Shown: piece after piece, positions 16,558 through 26,117 of the stretch
Position numbering within the stretch: position 1 is the stretch's first letter
Layout of the letters: every line of letters starts with the position of its first letter
The notes under the pieces: model-generated
Database searches by the model: none
Told to the model about the DNA's origin: nothing
Seen by the model: only the letters and a program-made list of their open reading frames with translations
Position numbers and translations under genes: made by a program
Source: Candidatus Asgardarchaeum abyssi
Lineage (GTDB): Archaea > Asgardarchaeota > Asgardarchaeia > Asgardarchaeales > Asgardarchaeaceae
Reading direction: 5' to 3'
Assembly (NCBI GenBank): GCA_040225955.1
Contig: JBECUL010000029.1
Span: forward strand, 1 to 26,898
Length of the DNA stretch: 26,898 bases

Positions 16558-18375
16558 ATGGAAAACACAAGTGATAGCAAGAGGAAGACCATAGTTAAAG
16601 TGCTCATATTTGTGTTGCTTTTATCTTTATTATCCTTGAGCATACTTCAACTTGAGACATTTACTTATAATGAGCCCGCTAGGCGTGCTTGGCCCAAACA
16701 ACTCAGTTTTTATGATACATCATTTTGGAATATAACAAAAGCGATAAATGACCCACTAAATATAACAACCATCAATTCTGAAATAAGAAGTTATGACGAT
16801 GTGTTTATCAATTTCACGGATATTTTCTTTTTTAGTGAATCTTACAATAATGTCGACATTTACATTTTTGCCGAGATTTTAATTCCTCTTAACTTTTCAT
16901 ACCCCCTTCCTGCGATTTTAATCATACATGGCTATGGTGGTAGCCATTCTTCTTTTGTTGATTTTGCAGTCGAAATTGTAAAGCAAGGGTATATTGCTAT
17001 TTTAATAGATGCTCCTGACAGCGGACAATCAACACCATATCCCAGCAAGGCACCCGAAAGCTTAATAAATACGACTAATGGCCCTCAAGACTCTTATTTT
17101 TATCATGTAGCATGGGCTGGTATGCGTGCAATTTCTGTCTTAGAAAAGATACCTCAAGTTGATAAAGATAGAATTGCAGTTACTGGAGGTAGCATGGGCG
17201 GCATTATGTCATTCATAATAGGTGCTGTTGATCCTCGTGTTAAAGCCATAGTTCCTATAGTTGCTGGTGGGAATTTTGTTGATTGTTTCTTATCTGGTAC
17301 ACTTGCCATGGCCTTGACCACGCCAAATACATCTTTGGATTCAGAAAAAATTACTAATTTTCTAAGGTATTTCGATGTCTATGCATATGCAAGTAAGCTT
17401 AAAATCCCGACATTGATGCTTTCATCGACGAATGATGAGTATTTCACACTCATTGGATTAAATGATACATTTGCTATAATTCCTTCAGAAAAGTGGTGGT
17501 TTTTAGCACCCAATTGGCATCATTTTAGTGCCTATCCAGGATGGATTAAAACTTCTATAAGATTTTTGGATTACATATTCAAGAATGGAACTCCTTTACC
17601 TCATGTTGATATTGAAAGTGTCTCGAATACGGCTTTTGGGATAACAGTTTATGGTAAAAGTTCTCTAGAAAATAGTAATATTTGGGTAGTCTGGAGAAGC
17701 GGCCTTCCAGGAGATGTTTGGAAACTAGATAGGATGACCGAATATAATAATAATCACTTTTCAGTAACAATAGTTCCTACATTCTCTGGAAAAGTAACAT
17801 TTTACCTCGCTTTAGAGGATCCAACGACGGGATTATTTATTGTTACAACGCATGTAAAAACGATTTTTGTAATAACTTCGCAAGCATTATTGGCTATTGT
17901 TGCTTTGCTGATTTCACTATTAGGATTAATATACTTTGAAAAAGACGTTCTATCATCTTTCAGAAATGTTCTGTTGTACTTTTCGAAAAAAACAAATTAT
18001 TACTGTACTTTTGGACTAACCGTACTTAGTTTTGGAGGTTTGTGGATAGACTGGATCGTATTTGTAAATAAAACCAGTTTATCATTCTTTACGTTTGTTG
18101 AACGATATGGTAATACATTTAAAGTGAACCCATGGGGATCAGTACTCCCAGTAGTGATTTTCTCATTTCTATTTCTCAGTTATCTTTTCACAAAACGAAA
18201 AGTATTTAGTTATTCTTTAGTGATAACTTTTTCATTATTTACATTAGTATTTGTAATGCTTCTGAGAAATATTACCACTGACGTATTGATAGTTATACCG
18301 GGAATCGGAGGGTTTATAACAATTTTGAGTCCACTATTCCTAGTTGTTAATGAACTTGTTATCTTCAAGAAGTAA
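16558..18375 (+). CDS. Membrane-bound alpha/beta hydrolase (acetyl xylan esterase-like)
   Basis: N-terminal TM; PAILIIHGYGG, nucleophile elbow GGSMGG, NDEYF (Asp), NWHH (His); about 5 C-terminal TM helices. ATG 16558 is preferred over TTG 16522. Confidence 0.85.
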   Translation: MENTSDSKRKTIVKVLIFVLLLSLLSLSILQLETFTYNEPARRAWPKQLSFYDTSFWNITKAINDPLNITTINSEIRSYDDVFINFTDIFFFSESYNNVDIYIFAEILIPLNFSYPLPAILIIHGYGGSHSSFVDFAVEIVKQGYIAILIDAPDSGQSTPYPSKAPESLINTTNGPQDSYFYHVAWAGMRAISVLEKIPQVDKDRIAVTGGSMGGIMSFIIGAVDPRVKAIVPIVAGGNFVDCFLSGTLAMALTTPNTSLDSEKITNFLRYFDVYAYASKLKIPTLMLSSTNDEYFTLIGLNDTFAIIPSEKWWFLAPNWHHFSAYPGWIKTSIRFLDYIFKNGTPLPHVDIESVSNTAFGITVYGKSSLENSNIWVVWRSGLPGDVWKLDRMTEYNNNHFSVTIVPTFSGKVTFYLALEDPTTGLFIVTTHVKTIFVITSQALLAIVALLISLLGLIYFEKDVLSSFRNVLLYFSKKTNYYCTFGLTVLSFGGLWIDWIVFVNKTSLSFFTFVERYGNTFKVNPWGSVLPVVIFSFLFLSYLFTKRKVFSYSLVITFSLFTLVFVMLLRNITTDVLIVIPGIGGFITILSPLFLVVNELVIFKK

Positions 18376-18407
18376 AAAATAGCAAAGTTGCTCTTATACA
18401 TGATAGA

Positions 18408-18459
18408 TGTACAGTATGATAGTTAATTTTTTATAATTTTTTGTACAGTATACTAAACA
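18408..18459. promoter_or_regulatory. Direct repeats flanking a TATA-like box upstream of the AAA ATPase
   Basis: TGTACAGTAT at 18408-17 and 18442-51 flank TTTATAA. The second copy is part of an imperfect palindrome TGTACAGTATACTAAACA. Confidence 0.5.
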
Positions 18460-18480
18460 ATTAAGATTTGGTGTTTTGCC

Positions 18481-19824
18481 ATGGTAACAAAAGACATTTT
18501 TAGGAGGATAATAGCTGAATTTCAACAATCAACGCTTCCAGAAATCATAAAACGTGAAACTTATTATCCAGTACTTGAAACAAGAAAAATAATATCGGTA
18601 ATAGGCCCAAGGAGAAGTGGTAAAACCTATTTTCTTTATCAGATTATTAAAGAACTTCTGAATAAAGGAATTGATAAAAGAAAAATTCTTTATATAAACT
18701 TTGATGATTCGCGTTTACTTCCATTGGAGAAAGGATCTCTAGATTTATTACAAGAAAGTTATTTCGAGCTATATCCCGAGTTAGTGGATGAGGATATTTA
18801 CATGTTTTTAGATGAAATACAAAATGTGGATATGTGGGAACATTTTGTGAGGCGTGTATACGATACCAACAAGGTAAAGATATTTATTAGTGGATCCAGT
18901 TCTAAGATGCTAAGTAAAGAGATTGCTACATCTCTTCGTGGTCGTACATTACCACATGTTATTCTTCCATTTTCATTTAAAGAATTTCTCCTAGCAAAAG
19001 GTCTTGTTCCAAATGATTTGTCAATTTATGGTCGGGATCGGTATAAAATAAAAAAGTATTTTATGGAATATTTAGAATTTGGTGGCTTTCCCGAAGTAGT
19101 CCTGGAAGAAAATAAGGATATAAGGATAAGAATACTTCAAGAATATCTCGATGTTATGATATATCGTGATGTTGTAGAAAGATATTCGGTGAGAAACTTA
19201 TCTCTACTGCGCTATGTTATTAAATATCTATTGACAAATGTATCTACTCATTTTAGTATAAGTTCTCTTTATAGAGCAGTTAAATCTAGATATAGTACAA
19301 GTAAAGCGACGCTTAACGATTACATCTCATATTTGGAGGATGTGATGTTAGTTTTCCTAGTTCCTCAGTATACGTTTTCATTAAAGGCCCAAATGCGTTT
19401 ACCTCAAAAGCTCTATGTAATTGATACTGGATTAAGAAACGCAAACTGCTTTTTATTCTCTGAAGATTATGGACGATTGGCTGAAAATATAGTTTTCTTA
19501 GAATTATTTAGAGATTCTCTAAGAGAACCCCAAATGAATATTTTTTATTGGCAAGACCGGAAGCAGCATGAAGTGGACTTTGTTATAGTTAGAAGAGGGA
19601 AAGTTTCGGACTTATACCAAGTCTGTTGGAATATTGATGACGAAAAGACAAAAAGAAGGGAGGAAAACGGGCTTCTAAACGCTCTTGAAAAATTCAAGCT
19701 CGAGAAGGGATATATCTTAACTGAGGATTATACTGACGAAAAAAGATTTGGTAATAAATTAATAATTTACACACCGATTTGGAGCTGGCTTTTACTAAAA
19801 GGGAAACAGAAAAGAGTCAATTGA
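18481..19824 (+). CDS. AAA_14-type ATPase with DUF4143/PD-(D/E)xK-like C-terminal domain
   Basis: GPRRSGKT, YINFDD, FLDEIQNV, SGSSS, LRGR, GGFPE, KLYVIDTGL, EN.VFLEL, EVDFV...YQVC. Confidence 0.93.
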   Translation: MVTKDIFRRIIAEFQQSTLPEIIKRETYYPVLETRKIISVIGPRRSGKTYFLYQIIKELLNKGIDKRKILYINFDDSRLLPLEKGSLDLLQESYFELYPELVDEDIYMFLDEIQNVDMWEHFVRRVYDTNKVKIFISGSSSKMLSKEIATSLRGRTLPHVILPFSFKEFLLAKGLVPNDLSIYGRDRYKIKKYFMEYLEFGGFPEVVLEENKDIRIRILQEYLDVMIYRDVVERYSVRNLSLLRYVIKYLLTNVSTHFSISSLYRAVKSRYSTSKATLNDYISYLEDVMLVFLVPQYTFSLKAQMRLPQKLYVIDTGLRNANCFLFSEDYGRLAENIVFLELFRDSLREPQMNIFYWQDRKQHEVDFVIVRRGKVSDLYQVCWNIDDEKTKRREENGLLNALEKFKLEKGYILTEDYTDEKRFGNKLIIYTPIWSWLLLKGKQKRVN

Positions 19825-19924
19825 GACTACCGTTACAAATATACACAAATTTATAGAGATTTACCAAAATTATTATTAAAATACTCGTATTGCAGTTTAA
19901 GTTAAAATTTAAAAGACTTGTAGG

Positions 19925-20146
19925 GTGAGATACGTGCTACAAAAAGATTTTGGCAAATACATACTGCTGAAGGACAATTTTTCGATAAAATTGATAGATA
20001 AGGAGAAAAATGTGCCCATTCGCATGCTTAGATTGTCCGATTATTCTGCTGATGTAGTAATTGAGATTGTTATGCAATGGTTAAGAGATTTAGATATTGA
20101 ATTTGATGAAAAGGAATTATTCCACGGTTTCTTTTTCAAGATTTAG
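19925..20146 (+). CDS. Small hypothetical protein
   Basis: 73-aa ORF filling an intergenic gap with plausible composition; no recognisable motif. Confidence 0.5.
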   Translation: MRYVLQKDFGKYILLKDNFSIKLIDKEKNVPIRMLRLSDYSADVVIEIVMQWLRDLDIEFDEKELFHGFFFKI

Positions 20147-20291
20147 TGTGTATAATAAACTGGGTGTAAAATGTTGTTCAGAGTTGAATATTGAGTAATA
20201 GAATAAAAAGGAATAAAAATAAAAGGGAGGAGTGAGGAAGTACAATAGAGTTGCAGTTTTTTAGAAATTAAAAGTTACAGAAGGTTATAGA

Positions 20292-21383
20292 ATGAGATTC
20301 CCAGAAGAAGTTCTTAAGAAAAGAATTAAAGAGTTTCAAGAGAAAATTAGTTTGAAAGGTTTAGATGGAGTCATGTTGCGAACGCTATCGAGCTATATTT
20401 ATTTTGTTGGAATCAAATGGCTAAGGCCAGCTTTATTTATACCTTGTGAAGGAGAACCAATAGCCTTCATTGCTAAAAATGAGGAAAATGGATTCATGGA
20501 GAAAACATGGATTAAAAATGTTATTACATATGTCGATGGGGGAGACCTAATAGCCAATGTTACTAAAACTATAAGAGAATTCAAAATCAAAAAAATTGGT
20601 ATGGAGTTTGGGCTCGAAAGGGATGCATACATCCTCTTTTATGAGCTATTTAAAAAATTAAACAGGGACGTGGAGATAATAGATGTTGCTCCAATACTTG
20701 CAGAGATGCGAATGATCAAGGACGATTATGAACTCGCTGCTATAAGAGAGGCTGGCAAGAAAGCAAAAAAAGCCATGGAACGAGCTATAGATTCAATAGA
20801 GCCAGGAGTGTCAGAAACTGAAATTGCTGCTGAAGCATATTACGCTCTCTACAAATCCGGCTCAGAACATCCTCAAGTTTATGTTAATGCTGGTCCTCAC
20901 CCTCGTGTTCATAGTGAGCCGTTCAGAGATTTGGTTGTCAGAAAAAACACTTTTGTAACGATAGTTATAGGTGCAGATCACAATGGATACTACGCAAATA
21001 CATCAAGAACTATATTTATTGGAGATAGCCCCAATGGATCTGCTGCAAAAGCTCTTGAATGTATGAATGAAGTATATAACAGAGCGGTAGAACTCACAAA
21101 GCCTGAAAGGAAATTTATAGAAGTTATAAAAGCGTTAGATGAGATTTATGCCAAATACGATCTTATAGATAAACGGCTTGTGGGCTATGCTCATGGAGTT
21201 GGATTACAAATAGAGGAAGTACCGATAACAACAATTGTTCAAGCTCACAGAGTAATGAAAATTAGACCAAGAATGGTTTTAGCTATGGTTCATGCTCCGA
21301 TGATGCATGATGGTCTTGGGCAAATAAAGAAGGAAGATACTTTCATAGTGAAAGAAGATGGAAGTTTAGAGAAAGTTACTTAA
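20292..21383 (+). CDS. M24 (Xaa-Pro peptidase/creatinase) family protein with altered metal ligands
   Basis: Creatinase-like N-domain, RMIKDDYEL, PGVSETEIAA, NGYYANTSRT, HGVGLQIEE, KKEDT. Confidence 0.88.
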   Translation: MRFPEEVLKKRIKEFQEKISLKGLDGVMLRTLSSYIYFVGIKWLRPALFIPCEGEPIAFIAKNEENGFMEKTWIKNVITYVDGGDLIANVTKTIREFKIKKIGMEFGLERDAYILFYELFKKLNRDVEIIDVAPILAEMRMIKDDYELAAIREAGKKAKKAMERAIDSIEPGVSETEIAAEAYYALYKSGSEHPQVYVNAGPHPRVHSEPFRDLVVRKNTFVTIVIGADHNGYYANTSRTIFIGDSPNGSAAKALECMNEVYNRAVELTKPERKFIEVIKALDEIYAKYDLIDKRLVGYAHGVGLQIEEVPITTIVQAHRVMKIRPRMVLAMVHAPMMHDGLGQIKKEDTFIVKEDGSLEKVT

Positions 21384-21846
21384 TCTCGTTTATAATATTT
21401 GTAGAATTAATTGCTTGGATCGTATGAGTCTTGTTATTGCTTATGTTATCTATGTGTTTTGAAAAGACATCGCTATCTCAGAAAAGTTGTTTTTAAATTC
21501 TAAAAAAGCACTGGGCTAGAAGAACATGAGTTGCCATGCTGATATAGCCTATATAGCCTATTGTTATTATAGTTAGCAGCGCTTCTATTAAAGAAAGTTC
21601 GTTTATTTTTGAAATAAAGTTTGCTGGAATTAAGATAAGCCAAACCTCTTCTGCTATGAAAAAGATTATGACGAATAATTTTTCAGTACATACTTTCCTC
21701 TCTTTATAACGTCCTCTTCAATCTCATGAGACTTTCTTGACTTTACTTTGCAGTATAAAGTGATTTGCAGGACAAAAAAGTCCATCATTTATTAGATTGG
21801 ATGATAACTGCTTTTCTGAGTATAAATCTAAGGGAGCGTATGTAAC

Positions 21847-23925
21847 ATGAACACCGCTGAGACAAGCCAAAGAAAAATTCCGGGAATTGTTTATATATTT
21901 GTGTCATTTATTCCATGGATAATATATTGGATCTCATGTGGCTATAAACTGGAGGAAGGTCTCCTAATAGCACTTTTGTTTTCATTAATATTGATTTGCA
22001 TTCAGATACCTAAAAAGACATATAACCTCATGGATTATGTATCAGCTCTTTATTTTGGATTTGCTACCATAGCAACATACATATTCAAAATGACTTTATT
22101 TATAGAGCTTAGTGGAGTATTGGGATATTTTGCACTAGCTCTTATGGCAGGGATTTCGCTTTTGATTGAAAGGCCATTCACATTGCAAGTGGCAAAACGC
22201 GACTATCCTAAAATATATTGGCGTGATAAGAATTTTATTCTAATAAATATGGTAATTACAGTAATTTGGCTATTGATATTTTTATTAAATGCAATCATCC
22301 ACATATTCTTTGGCAAACCCTTTGATATAATTCTCTCTAATACGTTAGTTGCCTTTGGAATTGCATTTTCAATCATATTTCCTAGGATTGGCCCTGCTTA
22401 CTTTCTCACGAGAGAGTATAAGAAATTTGATTGGCAAGTTAATGTAGATCCTACAAAACCAAAATCTGATAACGGGTATGATGTTATTATTATAGGTTCT
22501 GGCATAGGAGGTTTAACAGCAGGTGCGTTACTTTCAAAAGAGGGCTATAAAGTACTTGTATTAGAGCAACATTATGTTGTTGGTGGCTATTGTTCCTCAT
22601 TTAGAAGGAAGGGATTTATATTCAATGCTGGCGTGGAGGATGTGAGCGGTCTTTGGGAAAAGGGACCTGTTAACTATCTTCTAAATACACTTGGCCTAGA
22701 GAGGGATAATTTATTCATAAGAAACACGGATATTCAATACATTCTGAATGGAAAGAAAATAAACATTCCTGAAGATCTAGATGGACTTATTAATTTGCTG
22801 TCTGAGCGATTTCCAGATGAGAAAGAGAATATTAGAGCATTCTTTGAAGATGCTAAAATGGCTTATCATGAGTGTTATAGCGATACTGACTCATTTGGTG
22901 TGCCCTTGCCTCCAGCTATCATTGTTAAGGTCTATGGTCCTGAAGGCATACTAAACTACCCAAAGAAGCACCCCCATTTTTATGACTGGCTAAACAAGAC
23001 CTATAAAGATAAGCTTGACGAGTATTTCAGGAATGAAGATTTAAAGAAAATGCTTATTGCATTACTTGGATATATTGGTACCTCTCCTGAGAAAACGGTT
23101 GCATCACAAGCTTTGACTGCTGCTGTAGCATACTATCTCTATGGTGGCTATTTTCCGAGAGGTGGGGCGCAAAAATTTGCAGATGCTTTAAAAGACTATA
23201 TTATAGCGCACGGAGGTAAAGTTTTACTTCGCCATAAAGTTGAGAAGATATTAGTTGAAAATGGTAAGGTTGTAGGAGTTATAGCCAAAGATAAAATCTT
23301 CAAAGCACCAATTATAATAGCAAATGCTAATGCCAAGATAGTATTCCTTGAATTAATTGATAGTAAACACCTTGATGAATCATTTATTGACTATATAAAG
23401 TCGCTTAAGATGTCGCCTTCAGCATTTTTAGTATTTCTTGGAATTGACATGGACTTGTCTAGTTATCCCAAATTTATCATGAACTTAGACGAGGGATATG
23501 AGGTTGTAATTCTATCTAACATAGACCCCACCCTAGCACCAGAGGGTAAATCAAGCGTTACAATATTAACCTTAGCCAACTATGATGATTTTCCTGAGAG
23601 AGGAACCAAGGAGTATCTAAGGAAAAAGAACGAAATGATGAATGAGTTAATCAAGAAAGTAGAAAGGATTATTCCAAATCTAAGTAAACATATAATTCAT
23701 AAGGAAGCTGCAACACCAAAGACTTTTGAATATTACACATCAATGCCTAAGGGGGCCATATATGCATTTGACCAATCAATTGGAGTAAAGAGACCACACT
23801 TCAAGACTCCCATAAAGGGTCTCTACCTAGCTAGTGCGTCTACTTTCCCCGGTGGTGGTATTGAGGCCGTAGTAATTTCAGGTATAATAGCAGCCCATGA
23901 TATACTTGGGTGGAAACGCAAATAA
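21847..23925 (+). CDS. Phytoene desaturase/retinol saturase-like FAD oxidoreductase fused to an N-terminal membrane domain of about 6 TM
   Basis: About 190 hydrophobic N-terminal residues, then YDVIIIGSGIGGL...VLEQH..GG.C, PRGGAQ, ATPKTF..YT..PKGAIY, TPIKGLYLASA..FPGGG. Confidence 0.88.
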   Translation: MNTAETSQRKIPGIVYIFVSFIPWIIYWISCGYKLEEGLLIALLFSLILICIQIPKKTYNLMDYVSALYFGFATIATYIFKMTLFIELSGVLGYFALALMAGISLLIERPFTLQVAKRDYPKIYWRDKNFILINMVITVIWLLIFLLNAIIHIFFGKPFDIILSNTLVAFGIAFSIIFPRIGPAYFLTREYKKFDWQVNVDPTKPKSDNGYDVIIIGSGIGGLTAGALLSKEGYKVLVLEQHYVVGGYCSSFRRKGFIFNAGVEDVSGLWEKGPVNYLLNTLGLERDNLFIRNTDIQYILNGKKINIPEDLDGLINLLSERFPDEKENIRAFFEDAKMAYHECYSDTDSFGVPLPPAIIVKVYGPEGILNYPKKHPHFYDWLNKTYKDKLDEYFRNEDLKKMLIALLGYIGTSPEKTVASQALTAAVAYYLYGGYFPRGGAQKFADALKDYIIAHGGKVLLRHKVEKILVENGKVVGVIAKDKIFKAPIIIANANAKIVFLELIDSKHLDESFIDYIKSLKMSPSAFLVFLGIDMDLSSYPKFIMNLDEGYEVVILSNIDPTLAPEGKSSVTILTLANYDDFPERGTKEYLRKKNEMMNELIKKVERIIPNLSKHIIHKEAATPKTFEYYTSMPKGAIYAFDQSIGVKRPHFKTPIKGLYLASASTFPGGGIEAVVISGIIAAHDILGWKRK

Positions 23926-24012
23926 CTTGCCGTTTTATAATTTTAAAAACTTGATTTACGATGCTTAGAAGACTTGAAGCACAAGATGGATAATTAGAAT
24001 ACTCTGATAATT

Positions 24013-24029
24013 ACTTTGTAATTCAAAGT
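24013..24029. promoter_or_regulatory. Putative operator ACTTTG-N5-CAAAGT for the downstream wHTH regulator
   Basis: Perfect 6-bp inverted repeat next to a TATA-like TATATAA, upstream of the membrane protein-wHTH operon. Confidence 0.55.
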
Positions 24030-24148
24030 TTGTATATAATTTATTAACAATACGCGATTAGTATTATGTGGAGTGAAATCAGTTTTGAATACTTACTAAT
24101 AGCTTTAGTTCTTATTTATAGCATTAAGAGGATAGAGGGTGAAAGATT

Positions 24149-24766
24149 TTGAGAGAACACATAATGGATAATGAGCAAATAAGAGAATTCGTAGAGATAT
24201 TTCGGAATGTACAAGAATTTGAGAGAAAGATTGTTTCTAAACTTTGGGGAAGCATCCTGATGGTTTTTGGAGTTTTACTACTCAATGCAGGTTTTGTTGA
24301 TTATACGATTTCATTTTATACTCAAGGTAAACCTCTTATTTTGTTTTTCTTCTGGATGTTAGCTGTAGCCAGTGGCTGGTTTTTTGCTTATATACACACA
24401 AACACATTTGGACAACTAAAGGAGATCTTACATATCAAACAGAAAGGCAGTCCAAAGGCAATAATTTTAGCAAATATTTTTGCATTTATAGTTTCTATTG
24501 CGATTCTTCTCAGCCCTGCACATGAATTTCTTTTGGGTATGGTATACGCAGTATGGCCTGGATCTCTTGGAATAGCGATAATCATAAGCAAAATTTTTGG
24601 GCCGATAAGCGAACATAAATATCCAGTTTTCATAATGGGTTGTATTTTAATATTAACAAGCACGGCAATATTCTTTGTTTCTTCATATCTTTATGGTCTT
24701 ATACTTGGTATTGGATTTGGCACGGCCTTCGTGGTGTACGGTGCACTTTTATATATTCAAAGATAA
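24149..24766 (+). CDS. Multi-pass membrane protein (about 6 TM)
   Basis: 205 aa, hydrophobic; GAGGGTGA RBS before the TTG; directly upstream of a wHTH regulator. Confidence 0.8.
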   Translation: MREHIMDNEQIREFVEIFRNVQEFERKIVSKLWGSILMVFGVLLLNAGFVDYTISFYTQGKPLILFFFWMLAVASGWFFAYIHTNTFGQLKEILHIKQKGSPKAIILANIFAFIVSIAILLSPAHEFLLGMVYAVWPGSLGIAIIISKIFGPISEHKYPVFIMGCILILTSTAIFFVSSYLYGLILGIGFGTAFVVYGALLYIQR

Positions 24767-24784
24767 ATAATTTAGTGATTAAAA

Positions 24785-25123
24785 ATGAGCAATAAGGATG
24801 ACAGTTCAGAGATAATCTTCGCAGTCAATGATTTATTATACTCTCCTGCAAGAATGAATATTATGTTACTCTTGTATCTTCATAACCAACTTACTTTTAA
24901 TCAACTATTGGACGCAACCAAGCTTACACCAGGAAATCTTGTTACACATCTTAGAAAATTGGAGAAGAGAAAATATATTCGAATAGTTAAATTCTTTGAC
25001 GAATTAAAGCCTAGGACAAAATACGTGATAACACAGGAAGGAAAAAAGGCTTTTGAGGATTTTACTAGGCAACTCTCTAATTTTTTAGAAGCTTTGAAGA
25101 AACATAAAAACATCACACAATAA
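24785..25123 (+). CDS. Winged-helix transcriptional regulator (HTH_34/ArsR-MarR-like)
   Basis: SPARMNIM..L...LTFNQL...KLTPGNLVTHLRKLE...PRTKYVITQEGKKAF. Confidence 0.9.
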   Translation: MSNKDDSSEIIFAVNDLLYSPARMNIMLLLYLHNQLTFNQLLDATKLTPGNLVTHLRKLEKRKYIRIVKFFDELKPRTKYVITQEGKKAFEDFTRQLSNFLEALKKHKNITQ

Positions 25124-25250
25124 GTAAAAATTAGAGTTACTAACTTTGAATAGTTTCTATGCATTTTTGGTGATTACTCACATGAAATTCACTGAACAAA
25201 CAAAAACTATTATATAATTATTCCCTACTGTTGATATAGGTGTATTATAT

Positions 25251-25625
25251 ATGGTTGAAGATTGGCTTAGAAGGGCAAAAGAATTCTTAGATGAGGCAGA
25301 GAATACATTTCTTAGAAAACGTTACTGGTTAACGTGCTTCCACTCTCAGCAAGCAGCTGAGTTCATTTTGAAAGCTGTATTGCTGAATAAAACTGGTACA
25401 TATATTTTTACACATAGTTTATCTGAGTTACTGGATGCTATATCAACATTAAATGTAAACATCCCCGATGATGTTAGGGTTTTTGCAGATGCTTTAGAAC
25501 AGCACTACACTAGATCCAGATATTCTGGTGCCCGTGTTAAGGATTATTGTAAAGATGATGCTGAAAGGTGTTTAAAATATGCAAGAAGAATATTTAGCTT
25601 TGCGATGGAAATTATTAAAGCATAG
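25251..25625 (+). CDS. HEPN domain protein
   Basis: WLRRAKEFL..A, CFHSQQAAEFILKA, THSLSEL, LEQHYTRSRY; GGTG RBS upstream. Confidence 0.9.
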   Translation: MVEDWLRRAKEFLDEAENTFLRKRYWLTCFHSQQAAEFILKAVLLNKTGTYIFTHSLSELLDAISTLNVNIPDDVRVFADALEQHYTRSRYSGARVKDYCKDDAERCLKYARRIFSFAMEIIKA

Positions 25626-25965
25626 AAAGAATGTTATAGAGTCGAGAACGAAAAAATTTGAAAAATTTGTTGCTAATCTAGCTGAGGCTTTCGGAGATAA
25701 AGCAACGATAATTCTTATTGGCAGCCGTGCGAGGCGTACAGCTAAGACATATAGTGATTTTGATTTATTAATCATTTACAAAGATTTGAAAGAAGAGGAA
25801 GTTTATGCTGTAGTTAGAAATTTTAAGAGCATGGATCTCCCAATAGATTTTCTACCTATACGTATAGAAGATTTTAATCCAAACGATAAGTTATTAAAAG
25901 AAATGCTCAAAGAGATGCGTATTTTGCATGATGGAATAAAACTATTTTATGAAAATAAGTTATAA
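25600..25965 (+). CDS. Minimal nucleotidyltransferase paired with HEPN
   Basis: IILIGSRARRTAKTYSDFDLLII (GS-x10-DxD); overlaps the HEPN 3' end. The start is uncertain (TTG 25600 or ATG 25579). Confidence 0.85.
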   Translation: MRWKLLKHRKNVIESRTKKFEKFVANLAEAFGDKATIILIGSRARRTAKTYSDFDLLIIYKDLKEEEVYAVVRNFKSMDLPIDFLPIRIEDFNPNDKLLKEMLKEMRILHDGIKLFYENKL

Positions 25966-26117
25966 TATTGTGTAACAGAGCTCATAGAGAATTCACTACC
26001 TAAACCCTTCACAACCTAAAAAATATATCTATCTGTTATTTTTATGATATATTAAACTCAGATAAAAAATATTCCATCAATTTGACTCTTTAAACGATTA
26101 TCCTGGGAGATAATAAT

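Noticed and set aside
21542-21561. ATATAGCCT tandem duplication
   Set aside because: Two copies of a 9-mer in a degenerate intergenic region; probably a slippage duplication with no sign of function.
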